Shown one piece after another: positions 26,658-35,804 of a stretch of DNA of 42,552 nt. Both the position numbers and the translations under genes were made by a program. A model generated the notes under the pieces. It did not search any database. It was not told the origin of the DNA and worked only from the letters and a program-made list of their open reading frames with translations. Location: NCBI GenBank assembly GCA_025363505.1, contig JANYDV010000266.1:1-42552 (forward strand), written 5' to 3'. Origin of the DNA: Bacteroidota bacterium. GTDB lineage: Bacteria > Bacteroidota > Ignavibacteria > Palsa-1295. Numbering within the stretch: the first letter of the stretch is position 1; each line of letters opens with the position of its first letter.

Positions 26658-27977
26658 TCAAAAATTTGTTTGTTTTTTTCTCAATTTGTCGCTAATCGTT
26701 GCTACAGCGAACGCGATAATAGGAAAATATGAGGCGATGACGATCACTTGTAATCTTGGCAGTGGAAAAAACACCATCGCTACTAAAGTCGCAATAATAC
26801 ACCATGCAAGTATCAACTTAATACCAAACGAGAAATTCTTCTTCAAGAGATTGAAAAGCCCTATTGCGAATAACAATAGTGTCAGAGCATACATCGTCAT
26901 ATAGGTGATCGTCCCGCCCATAATACTGTTCGTATCAAATGTCCAAAAGATCAGTACTTTTTTCGCCCATAAGATCATCGCGCTTGAAGGATGTTCTGTT
27001 ATCCAATCGGTTGCGGCTTGTGTATGAATGCTTGAATGCATTTTATCAAAGAGCGCTCCCGAATCGAGATATGGTTCGATCTTTTGCCAGAGTTCATCAG
27101 TTGACCATAGGGGTCCGCCTGATGATGTCCATGGACTTCCGGTAGTCTGTGCATTGTTGCCTCTCCAAAAATTAAACCCTCCGTTTGAGCTGATCGGTAT
27201 TATGCGATCGAATACAATATAATTACGAATAGTCCATGGTGCGAGGATAGCTACGGAGATTATCGTCGCTAATACTAATTTCGGCATGATAACTCTAAGG
27301 TTCTTGCGGCAAGTATAGAGAATCATGATTATCGTCACGATTGCATAGAGCGGAGCCTCACCTCTGAATAAAAATAATAAACCAAATCCAATGCCAATCT
27401 GTACAGCTTCTATATTAGCCTTCTGTGCGGTTGATGCTAAGGCAACAAATCGAATGCTCGACAGAAGTACCCATGATTGCAGAAGAATGACGATCGTCGT
27501 TACGCCGAAGGTAGCTGTTGAGTAGAGAAATGGCGGATATAATGCCACCATCCAAAGTGTAATGAGTGTGACTCTTTTACTATTGAAGAGTGCCTGTGCT
27601 ATCTTTGCTATGACAAATATGCTCATCACACTACAGATGAGATTAATTGAATAGACAGCAATGGAGCCATACGCATTCCCAAAGGCTGCGAAACAAGCAT
27701 AGTCTATAAATGTTTGCCCGGGTGGCATATATGCAGTAGGCAATACAAACCACTTCCCTACAAGATTGCCCCACGTATAGCTATGTCCCAACCCGGCAAG
27801 CATATTCTTGGCAATGATGCCGTACTCCATCAACAGGTCCGGTTTGTCCCAGCCCCATGAACGAGTTGTGTTTTCAAGGAACAACACCATTGCAATACGT
27901 GCCAGTACTGCAACTATGGCAATAGATGCAAGACTTCGTTTCGAGATGCCGGAGCCTATGAGTGATTCTTGTTGCAC
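26658..27977 (-). CDS. GT-C-fold membrane glycosyltransferase (GT39/GT83, ArnT/PMT-like)
   Basis: About 11-12 TM helices. The first periplasmic loop (..PDLLMEYGIIAKNMLAGLGHSY..PTAYMPPGQTF..) resembles ArnT/PMT_2 family members. The GTG start at 27977 overlaps the Fur-family gene by 22 nt. Confidence 0.55.
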   Translation of the reverse strand: MQQESLIGSGISKRSLASIAIVAVLARIAMVLFLENTTRSWGWDKPDLLMEYGIIAKNMLAGLGHSYTWGNLVGKWFVLPTAYMPPGQTFIDYACFAAFGNAYGSIAVYSINLICSVMSIFVIAKIAQALFNSKRVTLITLWMVALYPPFLYSTATFGVTTIVILLQSWVLLSSIRFVALASTAQKANIEAVQIGIGFGLLFLFRGEAPLYAIVTIIMILYTCRKNLRVIMPKLVLATIISVAILAPWTIRNYIVFDRIIPISSNGGFNFWRGNNAQTTGSPWTSSGGPLWSTDELWQKIEPYLDSGALFDKMHSSIHTQAATDWITEHPSSAMILWAKKVLIFWTFDTNSIMGGTITYMTMYALTLLLFAIGLFNLLKKNFSFGIKLILAWCIIATLVAMVFFPLPRLQVIVIASYFPIIAFAVATISDKLRKKQTNF

Positions 27978-28360
27978 TCGGAGCAGATGCCGTTAAAGGA
28001 TAATTTGTACCCATTAATAGAATGACCTATAAGATCAGGATGGGTCGCCGCGGCATATTTCATAGCAGGCGTGGGCGAAATATCTCGCATAGCACCGCAT
28101 TTAGTACAAATAAAATGTTCGTGTTCTTCGGTCATACCATCAAAGCGGGCAGGTCCGGTTTCGAACTGTACTTCGTGAATATCGCCCGAATCAGCTAAAA
28201 GTCGCAAGTTTCGATATACTGTCCCAAGTGAGACCGCAGGCATAGTGAGCCTTGCAATCTCATATACTTCATCAGCAGTAGGATGACTTTTGAGTGATCG
28301 CACGATTTCGAAGATCAGTCCTCGCTGCTTACTCTTTCGTCGATGAGATAATTCTTGCAT
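27956..28360 (-). CDS. Fur-family metalloregulator (possibly PerR-like)
   Basis: Winged-helix N-terminus (HPTADEVYEIARLTMPAVSLGTVYRNLRLLADSG), an EEHEHF metal site, and two CxxC pairs (CTKC, CSEC). The PerR guess rests only on the neighbouring rubrerythrin. Confidence 0.82.
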   Translation of the reverse strand: MQELSHRRKSKQRGLIFEIVRSLKSHPTADEVYEIARLTMPAVSLGTVYRNLRLLADSGDIHEVQFETGPARFDGMTEEHEHFICTKCGAMRDISPTPAMKYAAATHPDLIGHSINGYKLSFNGICSECNKNHS

Positions 28361-28373
28361 CCTTAATAATAAT

Positions 28374-28386
28374 AGTAATTATTACT
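28374..28386. promoter_or_regulatory. Candidate Fur/PerR box (inverted repeat AGTAAT-T-ATTACT, a 6-1-6 perfect palindrome within a 7-1-7 frame)
   Basis: Perfect 13-nt palindrome 14 nt upstream of the regulator's ATG. It resembles the 7-1-7 consensus TGATAATnATTATCA. Confidence 0.45.
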
Positions 28387-28454
28387 GTTAATAGATTTCA
28401 AAACTGTTTCGTTCCTTAAATATTGATTTTCTTGGAATGTGCATAATTATTGCG

Positions 28455-28462
28455 TATATTTG
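28455..28462 (+). promoter_or_regulatory. Candidate '-7' box TATATTTG for the 1783-aa surface protein gene
   Basis: GCGTATATTTGAAG has the same 12-mer core as the box at 37032, with a TTG about 21 nt upstream. It implies a ~200-nt leader. Confidence 0.45.
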
Positions 28463-28494
28463 AAGTTCGTGTATGAGCCGTAATGCCGCCGAAC

Positions 28495-28519
28495 CCAAAA
28501 TAAATAACATTTATTTTGG
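28495..28519 (+). other. Hairpin in the 5' leader of the giant gene
   Basis: CCAAAATAAAT-aac-ATTTATTTTGG forms a perfect 11-bp A/U-rich stem. A second hairpin, GGAATAG(N15)CTATTCC, lies at 28569-28597. Confidence 0.4.
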
Positions 28520-28668
28520 CGACAGCGTCACATTCGGGTTGTTTTACGTGTCATACTCGTAGCAACAAGGAATAGTGAATCTCGTTGGGGCTATTCCGAG
28601 AGAAGAAACACGAGGAAGTTTTTTTGAATTAAATTAATCCAACATACACCATTTAACTTGGTACAGTT

Positions 28669-31600
28669 ATGAAAAAAACATACGCATTTCTGCTCAGTTT
28701 ACTGGTCGTTGCGCTTTTCGGTTTTGCCGAAACAGCCAATGCACAGTACACACTCTCGAGCTACAATGTTATCGCAAACGGTGATCCCTACGTAGCACTT
28801 TCTGGTGGTACGGACATTCCGGAAATCACCCCATCTAATACTTATGCATATGACAAGATTTCGAACGACATTACATTGCCGTTCAATTTTCGTTATATCA
28901 ATATTGTCACCAACAAGATTAAAGTAACCCAGCAGGGTTCTGTGATCGTTGGCGGTTCCGACCAGGTGCCTGATGGCGTTGCTCAGTACAACAGCTATTA
29001 TGGTGGTTGCTATGCAAACAGCTTCTTCGGTACTTACGGACAATTCCTCAACGGTCAGCAGAACTATGGTAGCCCGGCGTATGCTATCGCATACCCGAAC
29101 AATACGATCCACGCATGGGCTGGTTATCAGACCGCCATTGTTGGTCAGTCAAAGTTCGACTATCAAGTACAAGGTGCGGCTCCGTTCCGCAAAGTCATTA
29201 TCGAATCTGTAAAACGCCAGGGCGTACAGCAGAATGTAAATGGTGGTTGGCAAATCGTTATCTATGAGGCAAGCTCATTCATTTCGAAGATTCAAATCAA
29301 CTACGGACCTCAGTCAAACAGCAATAACTGGTATAACTATGGTTATAGTATTGCTATGGGTCTTAAGGGTACCGGCGGTAGCGGAAATTATCTTTCTGTT
29401 GCTCGTGACCCACAGCCTGCTGTTGGCAACTCACCAACCTTTAGCACCACATCATGCTATAACGATGCGAATTCGATGCTTCCGACGGTTAATTACATTT
29501 ATTCTATCCTCTATGATTACAATCTTGGATGGACAAATGCTCAGGTAACTCCGGCAGATGGCACGATCGTTCTAAAAGACAATCCATTTAGCCCAACAGT
29601 AAAGCTTTCAAATGAAGGTCGTTTCACATTCTCATCTGTGAGCGTACGTTGCGTGATCCAAAAAACAGTGGACGTCACCCCTGTCTACGACCAAACAGTA
29701 GCTTTAAGCGGTGGCCAGATCCCTACTCCGTATGCTAATCAGCAAAAAGGTGTAAACCCACAAGGAACAGGCACGGTAATTACAATGCCGTCATTTACAC
29801 CGCTTTCCTATGGTGTGTATAATATGACGTTCTCAATTGCAAGCTCGACCCCTGCCGATCAATATGGACCTGACAACTCGATCACTACGCAGTTTGTCGT
29901 CAGCCCTCCGAACAACGTCGCATCTATTATGTCGCTGCTTCCGGCTCCGGGTTCGCGTTCACCTGTTGGTTATGCTACACCTATTACCTTTAGATATCGT
30001 AATCTTGGTGTAAATAATCAGACAAATGTTCCTGTGTCTGTGTATATTACCAATCCACAAGGTTCGGTAGTTTATCGTGATACATTGACATTGAACAACT
30101 GGCTAAGCGGCCAATTCCGTGATACTACTTTTAAGGACTTTGTGCCAATTCAAAATGGTAACTACACTCTCTGTGGTGTTACTCTGTTGCTCAATGACCA
30201 AAATAGTCTTGATGATACTTCTTGCAATCCTTTCCAAGTCCGTTTCCTTTCAGATGTCCAAGCTGTAACAGTGCTTGATCCGGATGATCTTGGTGAGAAG
30301 CCTGAAAAGAAGGCATTCAAGCCGGTTGCACAGTTCCAGAATATTGGTGTACAAGATCTCTTTGACGTTCCTGCACGTGTGCAGATTCGTCGTTGTGCAG
30401 ATAATGCACTTGTATTCCAAGCTGATTCTTCAATTCCTGAGTTGAACACTGACCAAGGTTTGACAAAGTTCTCGTTCCCGTCAAAGCAAGGCAATTTTGA
30501 TATTGCTACGCTCGCACCGGGTTGCTACAAACTTTGCGCAATTGCCCGTCAGGGTGATGATGGTGATCGTACAAACGACACCACTTGCCAGTTCTTCAGC
30601 ATCATCCCTCGTTTGCAGGGTGACATCGAAGTTGGTGTCGGTCGTCGTTTCCAAACCATCTCAGCAGCCGTTGATTCAATGCGCTACCGCGGTGTAGGAC
30701 CGAACAACTTGAATCTTATTCTTACTGATGCTAGCTATACCGAAAACGGTAATACCAGCGTCTCTGGTGTAAACTCAGCTGTCGAATTCCGTGATATCGC
30801 CGGACCTGGTCCGACAACACTTGTCACTTGGAAGCCGAAGTTTAACGTAAGCCCAACCATTACATTTAGTGGTAATAAAGCTATCTGCTTTATGTACTCT
30901 TACAAATCAGCAAATTATATTACCTGGAATGGTCTGAACGAACGTGCTCCGGCTCCGGATGCAATCGTTGCAGAACCAACCCGTCGTAATATCACCATTG
31001 TCAATAACTCGACAGCTGTTGGTGCAGTATTTGGTATGGAGTATGGTCGTAACAACTTGGTGTTCAAGAATCTGAACATCATCAATAATGGTAATCTTAC
31101 CAGCGTTGGTTCGAATGGTATTCGTATGACGAACTTGTACAATACGACATCATTCTTGGGCGGTATCGTTGATACAGCGCAAAACCATCATATCACGATC
31201 GATAACTGCTTTATCGGTAATGCTAACACCGGTATCTATGACATCGGCACTGTGCCGTTGTTTGATATTGGTAAGGCGTTCTATCTTGATCGTACAAATA
31301 CCAATAACCGCATTACTCGTAATACCATCGGTTCTGTTGTCAGTCCAATTGGTGCCATCGGTATCTTGACCGGTAACGAAGACGGCTTGGTTGTTGATCG
31401 TAACGAGATCAGCTGGATCACCGGTAACTCTGTGACCAACGGATATTCAGCAGGTATTGCTGCTATCGGTGGTAACAGTGTGAACTTGTTAGTCAATGGC
31501 AATAAGATCCATAACGTGAAGGGTCCTGCGGCGCTTGTTGATACCATTGCCGGTATTGATATCCGTCAGGCATCGGTTATTTATGTAACCGGTACAGGTC

Positions 31601-34020
31601 CGAACGCGAAGTTCTCGACCTTGCCAGTAAACACACGTAATCGTGTTGTGAACAACATGCTCTATGATGTTCGCGTAGGTCTTAATCCGACCGTGATCAG
31701 CCCAATCAGCATTGCAACTATCGGTTCCCTTGCCTACACGGTTGATAAAGATTCAATCTTTAATAACTCGATCGCAGTCGCAAACGCACCATATATGGTA
31801 CAGACTGTCCGTGTAGCTCATCCGTTCATCTGGAACAATATTTTCCAAAACTTGAACCAAAGTGCAAGCGCAACATCTGTGATGTATCAGATGACTGTCC
31901 CACGCCCGATGTTTGATAACATCAGCTCGGATTATAACCTTAATGACTTCCGTAATGCTTCGCTCTTCGCGAACCTTACAGAATACGATCAGGCTTCTGG
32001 TACACAGACCAAAACACGTCTTGTAAAAGATATCAACGAATGGCGTACACTCTCACAACAGGGTATTAATTCTGTTGGTGGAGATCCGAAGTTTACACCG
32101 GATTCGCTCCATTTGCCGATCGCAACGACTTACATCCCAACAACTGCTTCGAATTCAGGAATATTCTTGAATACAGCAACTCAGAATGCTGACATTGATG
32201 GTGATCTTCGCCTCGTAGGCGGAAGTGCTCCTGATATCGGCGCTGATGAGTTCGAAGGCTTCCAGTACACCAACGATCTCGCTGTTCAAGTAATCACTAA
32301 GCCTTCTGGTTTGGCTGATGCTACCGGCACGATCTTCGTGACTGCTGAGAATCCACTTTCGATCCAGGCTATTGTAAAGAACCTCGGTTCGCTTACTACT
32401 GCTAATCGTCTCGTGACATCTCAGGTAGATGTTTCGACAAACGCAGGTGCAACCTGGTCACCGTTGGGAACAACATCGAAGACACTTACTTTTGCTGTGA
32501 ACGAAGCGAAGACGATTGATTTCGTCGGACCAAACATCACTGCAGAATCAGGTAAGCTCTATCGTGTCACTGTATTCGTCGGTAACGATCAAAACAATGG
32601 CAACAACAGCTTGACCAAGGTCTTCAAGATCCTTGTAAAGCGCCAAGCTACTCTCTTGAGCTACAACTCTTCAACAGCGAAGGGTATCCAGAACAAAGAC
32701 TCCTTGTCACTTGCTTTGGGACGTCTCGGAGTACCATTCGATCTTCTTGATCGTAATGCCTACACCACACAGCCGGTTGATTATTCACCTTGGTGGACAA
32801 TTGTATGGGCTACCGGTGACCCGAACGTAGCTACAAGCGGTGTTTCTGGTGTTGGTTCTGTCAGCCAAAAAGAATCTGAAGAAATCATCAGCTTCTTGAG
32901 AGCCGGACAGACCTATGCGAAGAAGTCGTTTGTTATTGCCGGTCAGAACGTTGCTCAGTACATGGATACGACATCGATCTACCGTCAGTTGAATAACGTC
33001 ATTACTGATAATGACTTTATGACAAACTATATGCATACGCGCTTCGTCGCTCGCTACCCGGGACAAAACTTCCCTGTAGCGTTGCCGAATAGCTTCAAAG
33101 GCAAACTCGTCGGTACAGGTGTGTACTTCGTATTCCCTGATACTATCGTTTCAGGTTCACCTGATGTAATCAAGCCGACTCCTGTTACAGGTGTTGTCGG
33201 ATCGAATACTTCACGTTTCGCATACTTCTATGGTGTCCATCCTTCTACCCCAACCGATAGTGGTGCAGGTACAGCATGGAATGGCGCATCGTTCAACGTT
33301 GTATTCTATCCGTTCGATTGGGCAGATGCTCTTGAGACGGTCGGTACACGTGACGGCGAAATCGCACCGGTTAACGTCAGCGGAACAACACGCTTCTTGC
33401 GTGGTGCACTTGACTTCTTGAAGAGCTTCGGCGGCACAGTATTGCCGGTTGAGTTCACAGACGTCAATGCTAAGGCTGAAAATGATGGTAACCTCATCAA
33501 CTGGTCAGTAGCTGCTCAGAAAGATGTTGACCATTTTGAAGTCGAAACACTCGAAGCAAATAATTGGAATTGGGTTGGCGACGTGAAGTCTGCTAACGCT
33601 ATTAACTATAGCTTCTTGCACACTGCAATTAATGCTCTCGAAGTCGGTAAGAGCTTCAGCTACCGTGTGGTTGCTGTTGATCTTGACGGATCGCGTAACA
33701 CCAGCAAGACCGTGAATGTCGAGCGTACCGCTACAGGTCTCTCGTTCACGATCGAGCAGAACCGTCCGAATCCGTTCACTGCTTCGACCGTCATCGGTTA
33801 TACATTGCCGGCAAATGGTACAGTCGCTATCCGCGTACTTGACCTCACCGGTAAAGTGATCTCTGTTGGTCTTGACAACGAGTCAATGACTGCAGGTACT
33901 CATGAGTTCAAGTTCAATGCGAACAATTTGGCTACTGGTACTTACATCTATGAGATCAGCTTCACTAACGCAAATGGCGAAACAAGCGTATTGCGTAGCA
34001 AGATGACCTTAACGAAATAA
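28669..34020 (+). CDS. Giant secreted multidomain protein: N-terminal beta-sandwich, CARDB-like Ig repeats, right-handed parallel beta-helix, alpha/beta domain, Fn3-like domain, T9SS type-A CTD
   Basis: Signal peptide MKKTYAFLLSLLVVALFGFAETANA. There are repeated CARDB-like segments (e.g. PITFRYRNLGVNNQTNVPVSVYI, LSIQAIVKNLGSLTTANRLVTSQV). A long run of PbH1-type repeats follows (NITIVNN.., HHITIDNCFIGN.., NRITRNTIG.., LVVDRNEIS.., LVNGNKIHN..). The C-terminus IEQNRPNPFTASTVIGYTLPANGTVAIRVLDLTGKVI..GTYIYEI is a T9SS CTD. Confidence 0.8.
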   Translation: MKKTYAFLLSLLVVALFGFAETANAQYTLSSYNVIANGDPYVALSGGTDIPEITPSNTYAYDKISNDITLPFNFRYINIVTNKIKVTQQGSVIVGGSDQVPDGVAQYNSYYGGCYANSFFGTYGQFLNGQQNYGSPAYAIAYPNNTIHAWAGYQTAIVGQSKFDYQVQGAAPFRKVIIESVKRQGVQQNVNGGWQIVIYEASSFISKIQINYGPQSNSNNWYNYGYSIAMGLKGTGGSGNYLSVARDPQPAVGNSPTFSTTSCYNDANSMLPTVNYIYSILYDYNLGWTNAQVTPADGTIVLKDNPFSPTVKLSNEGRFTFSSVSVRCVIQKTVDVTPVYDQTVALSGGQIPTPYANQQKGVNPQGTGTVITMPSFTPLSYGVYNMTFSIASSTPADQYGPDNSITTQFVVSPPNNVASIMSLLPAPGSRSPVGYATPITFRYRNLGVNNQTNVPVSVYITNPQGSVVYRDTLTLNNWLSGQFRDTTFKDFVPIQNGNYTLCGVTLLLNDQNSLDDTSCNPFQVRFLSDVQAVTVLDPDDLGEKPEKKAFKPVAQFQNIGVQDLFDVPARVQIRRCADNALVFQADSSIPELNTDQGLTKFSFPSKQGNFDIATLAPGCYKLCAIARQGDDGDRTNDTTCQFFSIIPRLQGDIEVGVGRRFQTISAAVDSMRYRGVGPNNLNLILTDASYTENGNTSVSGVNSAVEFRDIAGPGPTTLVTWKPKFNVSPTITFSGNKAICFMYSYKSANYITWNGLNERAPAPDAIVAEPTRRNITIVNNSTAVGAVFGMEYGRNNLVFKNLNIINNGNLTSVGSNGIRMTNLYNTTSFLGGIVDTAQNHHITIDNCFIGNANTGIYDIGTVPLFDIGKAFYLDRTNTNNRITRNTIGSVVSPIGAIGILTGNEDGLVVDRNEISWITGNSVTNGYSAGIAAIGGNSVNLLVNGNKIHNVKGPAALVDTIAGIDIRQASVIYVTGTGPNAKFSTLPVNTRNRVVNNMLYDVRVGLNPTVISPISIATIGSLAYTVDKDSIFNNSIAVANAPYMVQTVRVAHPFIWNNIFQNLNQSASATSVMYQMTVPRPMFDNISSDYNLNDFRNASLFANLTEYDQASGTQTKTRLVKDINEWRTLSQQGINSVGGDPKFTPDSLHLPIATTYIPTTASNSGIFLNTATQNADIDGDLRLVGGSAPDIGADEFEGFQYTNDLAVQVITKPSGLADATGTIFVTAENPLSIQAIVKNLGSLTTANRLVTSQVDVSTNAGATWSPLGTTSKTLTFAVNEAKTIDFVGPNITAESGKLYRVTVFVGNDQNNGNNSLTKVFKILVKRQATLLSYNSSTAKGIQNKDSLSLALGRLGVPFDLLDRNAYTTQPVDYSPWWTIVWATGDPNVATSGVSGVGSVSQKESEEIISFLRAGQTYAKKSFVIAGQNVAQYMDTTSIYRQLNNVITDNDFMTNYMHTRFVARYPGQNFPVALPNSFKGKLVGTGVYFVFPDTIVSGSPDVIKPTPVTGVVGSNTSRFAYFYGVHPSTPTDSGAGTAWNGASFNVVFYPFDWADALETVGTRDGEIAPVNVSGTTRFLRGALDFLKSFGGTVLPVEFTDVNAKAENDGNLINWSVAAQKDVDHFEVETLEANNWNWVGDVKSANAINYSFLHTAINALEVGKSFSYRVVAVDLDGSRNTSKTVNVERTATGLSFTIEQNRPNPFTASTVIGYTLPANGTVAIRVLDLTGKVISVGLDNESMTAGTHEFKFNANNLATGTYIYEISFTNANGETSVLRSKMTLTK

Positions 34021-34052
34021 GCGTCTAATCAGAGAATAATTCTCTCTGCTTC

Positions 34053-34090
34053 AAAACCGCCCTGCAAGCAATTGCAGGGCGGTTTTGTTT
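34053..34090 (+). terminator. Rho-independent terminator of the giant gene
   Basis: CCGCCCTGCAA-gcaa-TTGCAGGGCGG is a perfect 11-bp stem, followed by TTTTGTTT. Confidence 0.88.
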
Positions 34091-34138
34091 ATAGAAGAAA
34101 CTCCTTGCAAACCCAGACGTGTTCTTAGCACTCAACAA

Positions 34139-35239
34139 ATGAGCAGAACAAAAATCATAGAACCACTCGGACAAGATTCGCTGACAGATCGTCAGCGTGA
34201 GATACTTCGCCTGATCGTGCAGCAATATGTATTGACTGCCAATCCGGTCGGCTCTCGCTATATCTCCCGTATCAGCTCGCTTGGATTATCGGATGCGACT
34301 CTGCGTAATGTGATGGCTGATCTTGAATACATGGGTTATATAGACCATCCTCATACCAGTGCCGGCAGAATGCCTACCGACAAAGGTTATAGGCTCTATG
34401 TTGATAGCTTGATGATGCGGGAGCGATTGAGTGACGCTGAACGAAAAGCGGTTGCTTATACATTGGGAAGTGCGGTATCTGCTGATGATGTCGTTCGGGA
34501 GTCTACAACTATACTTGCAAAGCTTTCAAAACAGCTTTCAATGTTGTTATTGCCTACGCTTCAGGACGCTACTCTAGAGCGTGTAGAGATCGTACCATTG
34601 AGTACTAATAAAATTCTTATCGTTGTTGCCGCTACCAGTGGTCGTATCAGAACGATCACGCTTGAGACAAAGACTGACATCGAGCGTTCAAAACTTGAGG
34701 AGCTTGCACAGTTGCTTAATAGTCGTCTTGCCGGAAAAACTTTTCGTGAAGTGAAGTCGATCTTTGCCGAGAGTATTCAGGATATTCCGGTAGCAGATCG
34801 TTCGATTCTCCGGGTGTTTATGATGTCACCTGAAAAACTATTTGCCGATCCGGGTGCGGAACGTGTGAAAGTATCCGGTGCCGGAAATATATTCAATCAG
34901 CCGGAGTTTCAGCGACGCGCAAATTTTTCTGACGATGAAGTGCAAAGCATTATCGAACTAATTGAAAATGAAGAGGTAGTAATCCATGTGCTTGAGGGAT
35001 CTTCGCTTGAAGATCAGAGCCGTTGGATAGACCGGCAGAACGTTTCTATTAGAATCGGCAGTGAACTCAGTGATCAATGGATGTCTAATTATAGTATTAT
35101 CTCTACGACCTACCGAATTGGTGACCAGCAAGGAACGATCGCAGTAATCGGACCGAAACGAATGGACTATGCACGCGTAACACCGGTTGTTGAATATGTA
35201 GCCAGCGCGATGAGCAAAGCACTGACATCGCTCTCGTAA
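34139..35239 (+). CDS. hrcA: Heat-inducible transcription repressor HrcA
   Basis: LTDRQREILRLIVQQYVLTANPVGSRYIS..LSDATLRNVMADLEYMGYIDHPHTSAGRMPTDKGYRLYVD. I moved the start to the ATG at 34139, because the track's start at 34085 lies inside the upstream terminator. Confidence 0.9.
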   Translation: MSRTKIIEPLGQDSLTDRQREILRLIVQQYVLTANPVGSRYISRISSLGLSDATLRNVMADLEYMGYIDHPHTSAGRMPTDKGYRLYVDSLMMRERLSDAERKAVAYTLGSAVSADDVVRESTTILAKLSKQLSMLLLPTLQDATLERVEIVPLSTNKILIVVAATSGRIRTITLETKTDIERSKLEELAQLLNSRLAGKTFREVKSIFAESIQDIPVADRSILRVFMMSPEKLFADPGAERVKVSGAGNIFNQPEFQRRANFSDDEVQSIIELIENEEVVIHVLEGSSLEDQSRWIDRQNVSIRIGSELSDQWMSNYSIISTTYRIGDQQGTIAVIGPKRMDYARVTPVVEYVASAMSKALTSLS

Positions 35240-35245
35240 GATCTT

Positions 35246-35797
35246 ATGATCGAAAAACTTAAACGAATAGTAAACACTGTAATGTCGGAAGAACAACATA
35301 CCGAGACAGAGCTCACACCTGAGATGACAGGTGATGAAACTGGAATAGAGAAACTTGAAGCCGAGCTTACGGACGCAAAAGATTTAATTCTACGTCGAAC
35401 CGCAGAAATTGAGAATATGCGTCGTCGCCATGAGCAAGAACGGATTCAACTGATTTTTGAAGCAAATAAACGTTTGATAACAGATTTGCTCCCGACGGTC
35501 GATGACCTTGAGCGTACATTATCTTTTGTAAAGCCCGAAGAACGCAACCCTATTTCTGATGGGGTAGAATTGATCTATAAGAATTTTCAAAAGATATTAG
35601 AAAAACATTTTGTCAAACCAATCGAATCGGTTGGCAAGCAATTTGATGTGCATTTGCATGATGCACGCATGGAAGAGGCCCGCACCGATGTTGAACCGGG
35701 GACCATTACAACAGAAGTACAAAAAGGCTATCAGATGAATGAAACGGTGCTGAGACACTCGAAAGTCATTGTTGCCAAAACACCAGACGAAGATTAA
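35246..35797 (+). CDS. grpE: Nucleotide exchange factor GrpE
   Basis: RRTAEIENMRRR..LLPTVDDLERTL..FDVHLHDA..Q.GY..N..VLRHSKVIV is the typical GrpE pattern. Confidence 0.9.
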   Translation: MIEKLKRIVNTVMSEEQHTETELTPEMTGDETGIEKLEAELTDAKDLILRRTAEIENMRRRHEQERIQLIFEANKRLITDLLPTVDDLERTLSFVKPEERNPISDGVELIYKNFQKILEKHFVKPIESVGKQFDVHLHDARMEEARTDVEPGTITTEVQKGYQMNETVLRHSKVIVAKTPDED

Positions 35798-35804
35798 ATA
35801 GGAT

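Noticed and set aside
34085-34138. An N-terminal extension of hrcA as drawn in the ORF track (MFIEETPCKPRRVLSTQQ).
   Set aside because: That start lies inside the stem and T-tract of the upstream terminator. The conserved HrcA sequence begins just after the ATG at 34139.
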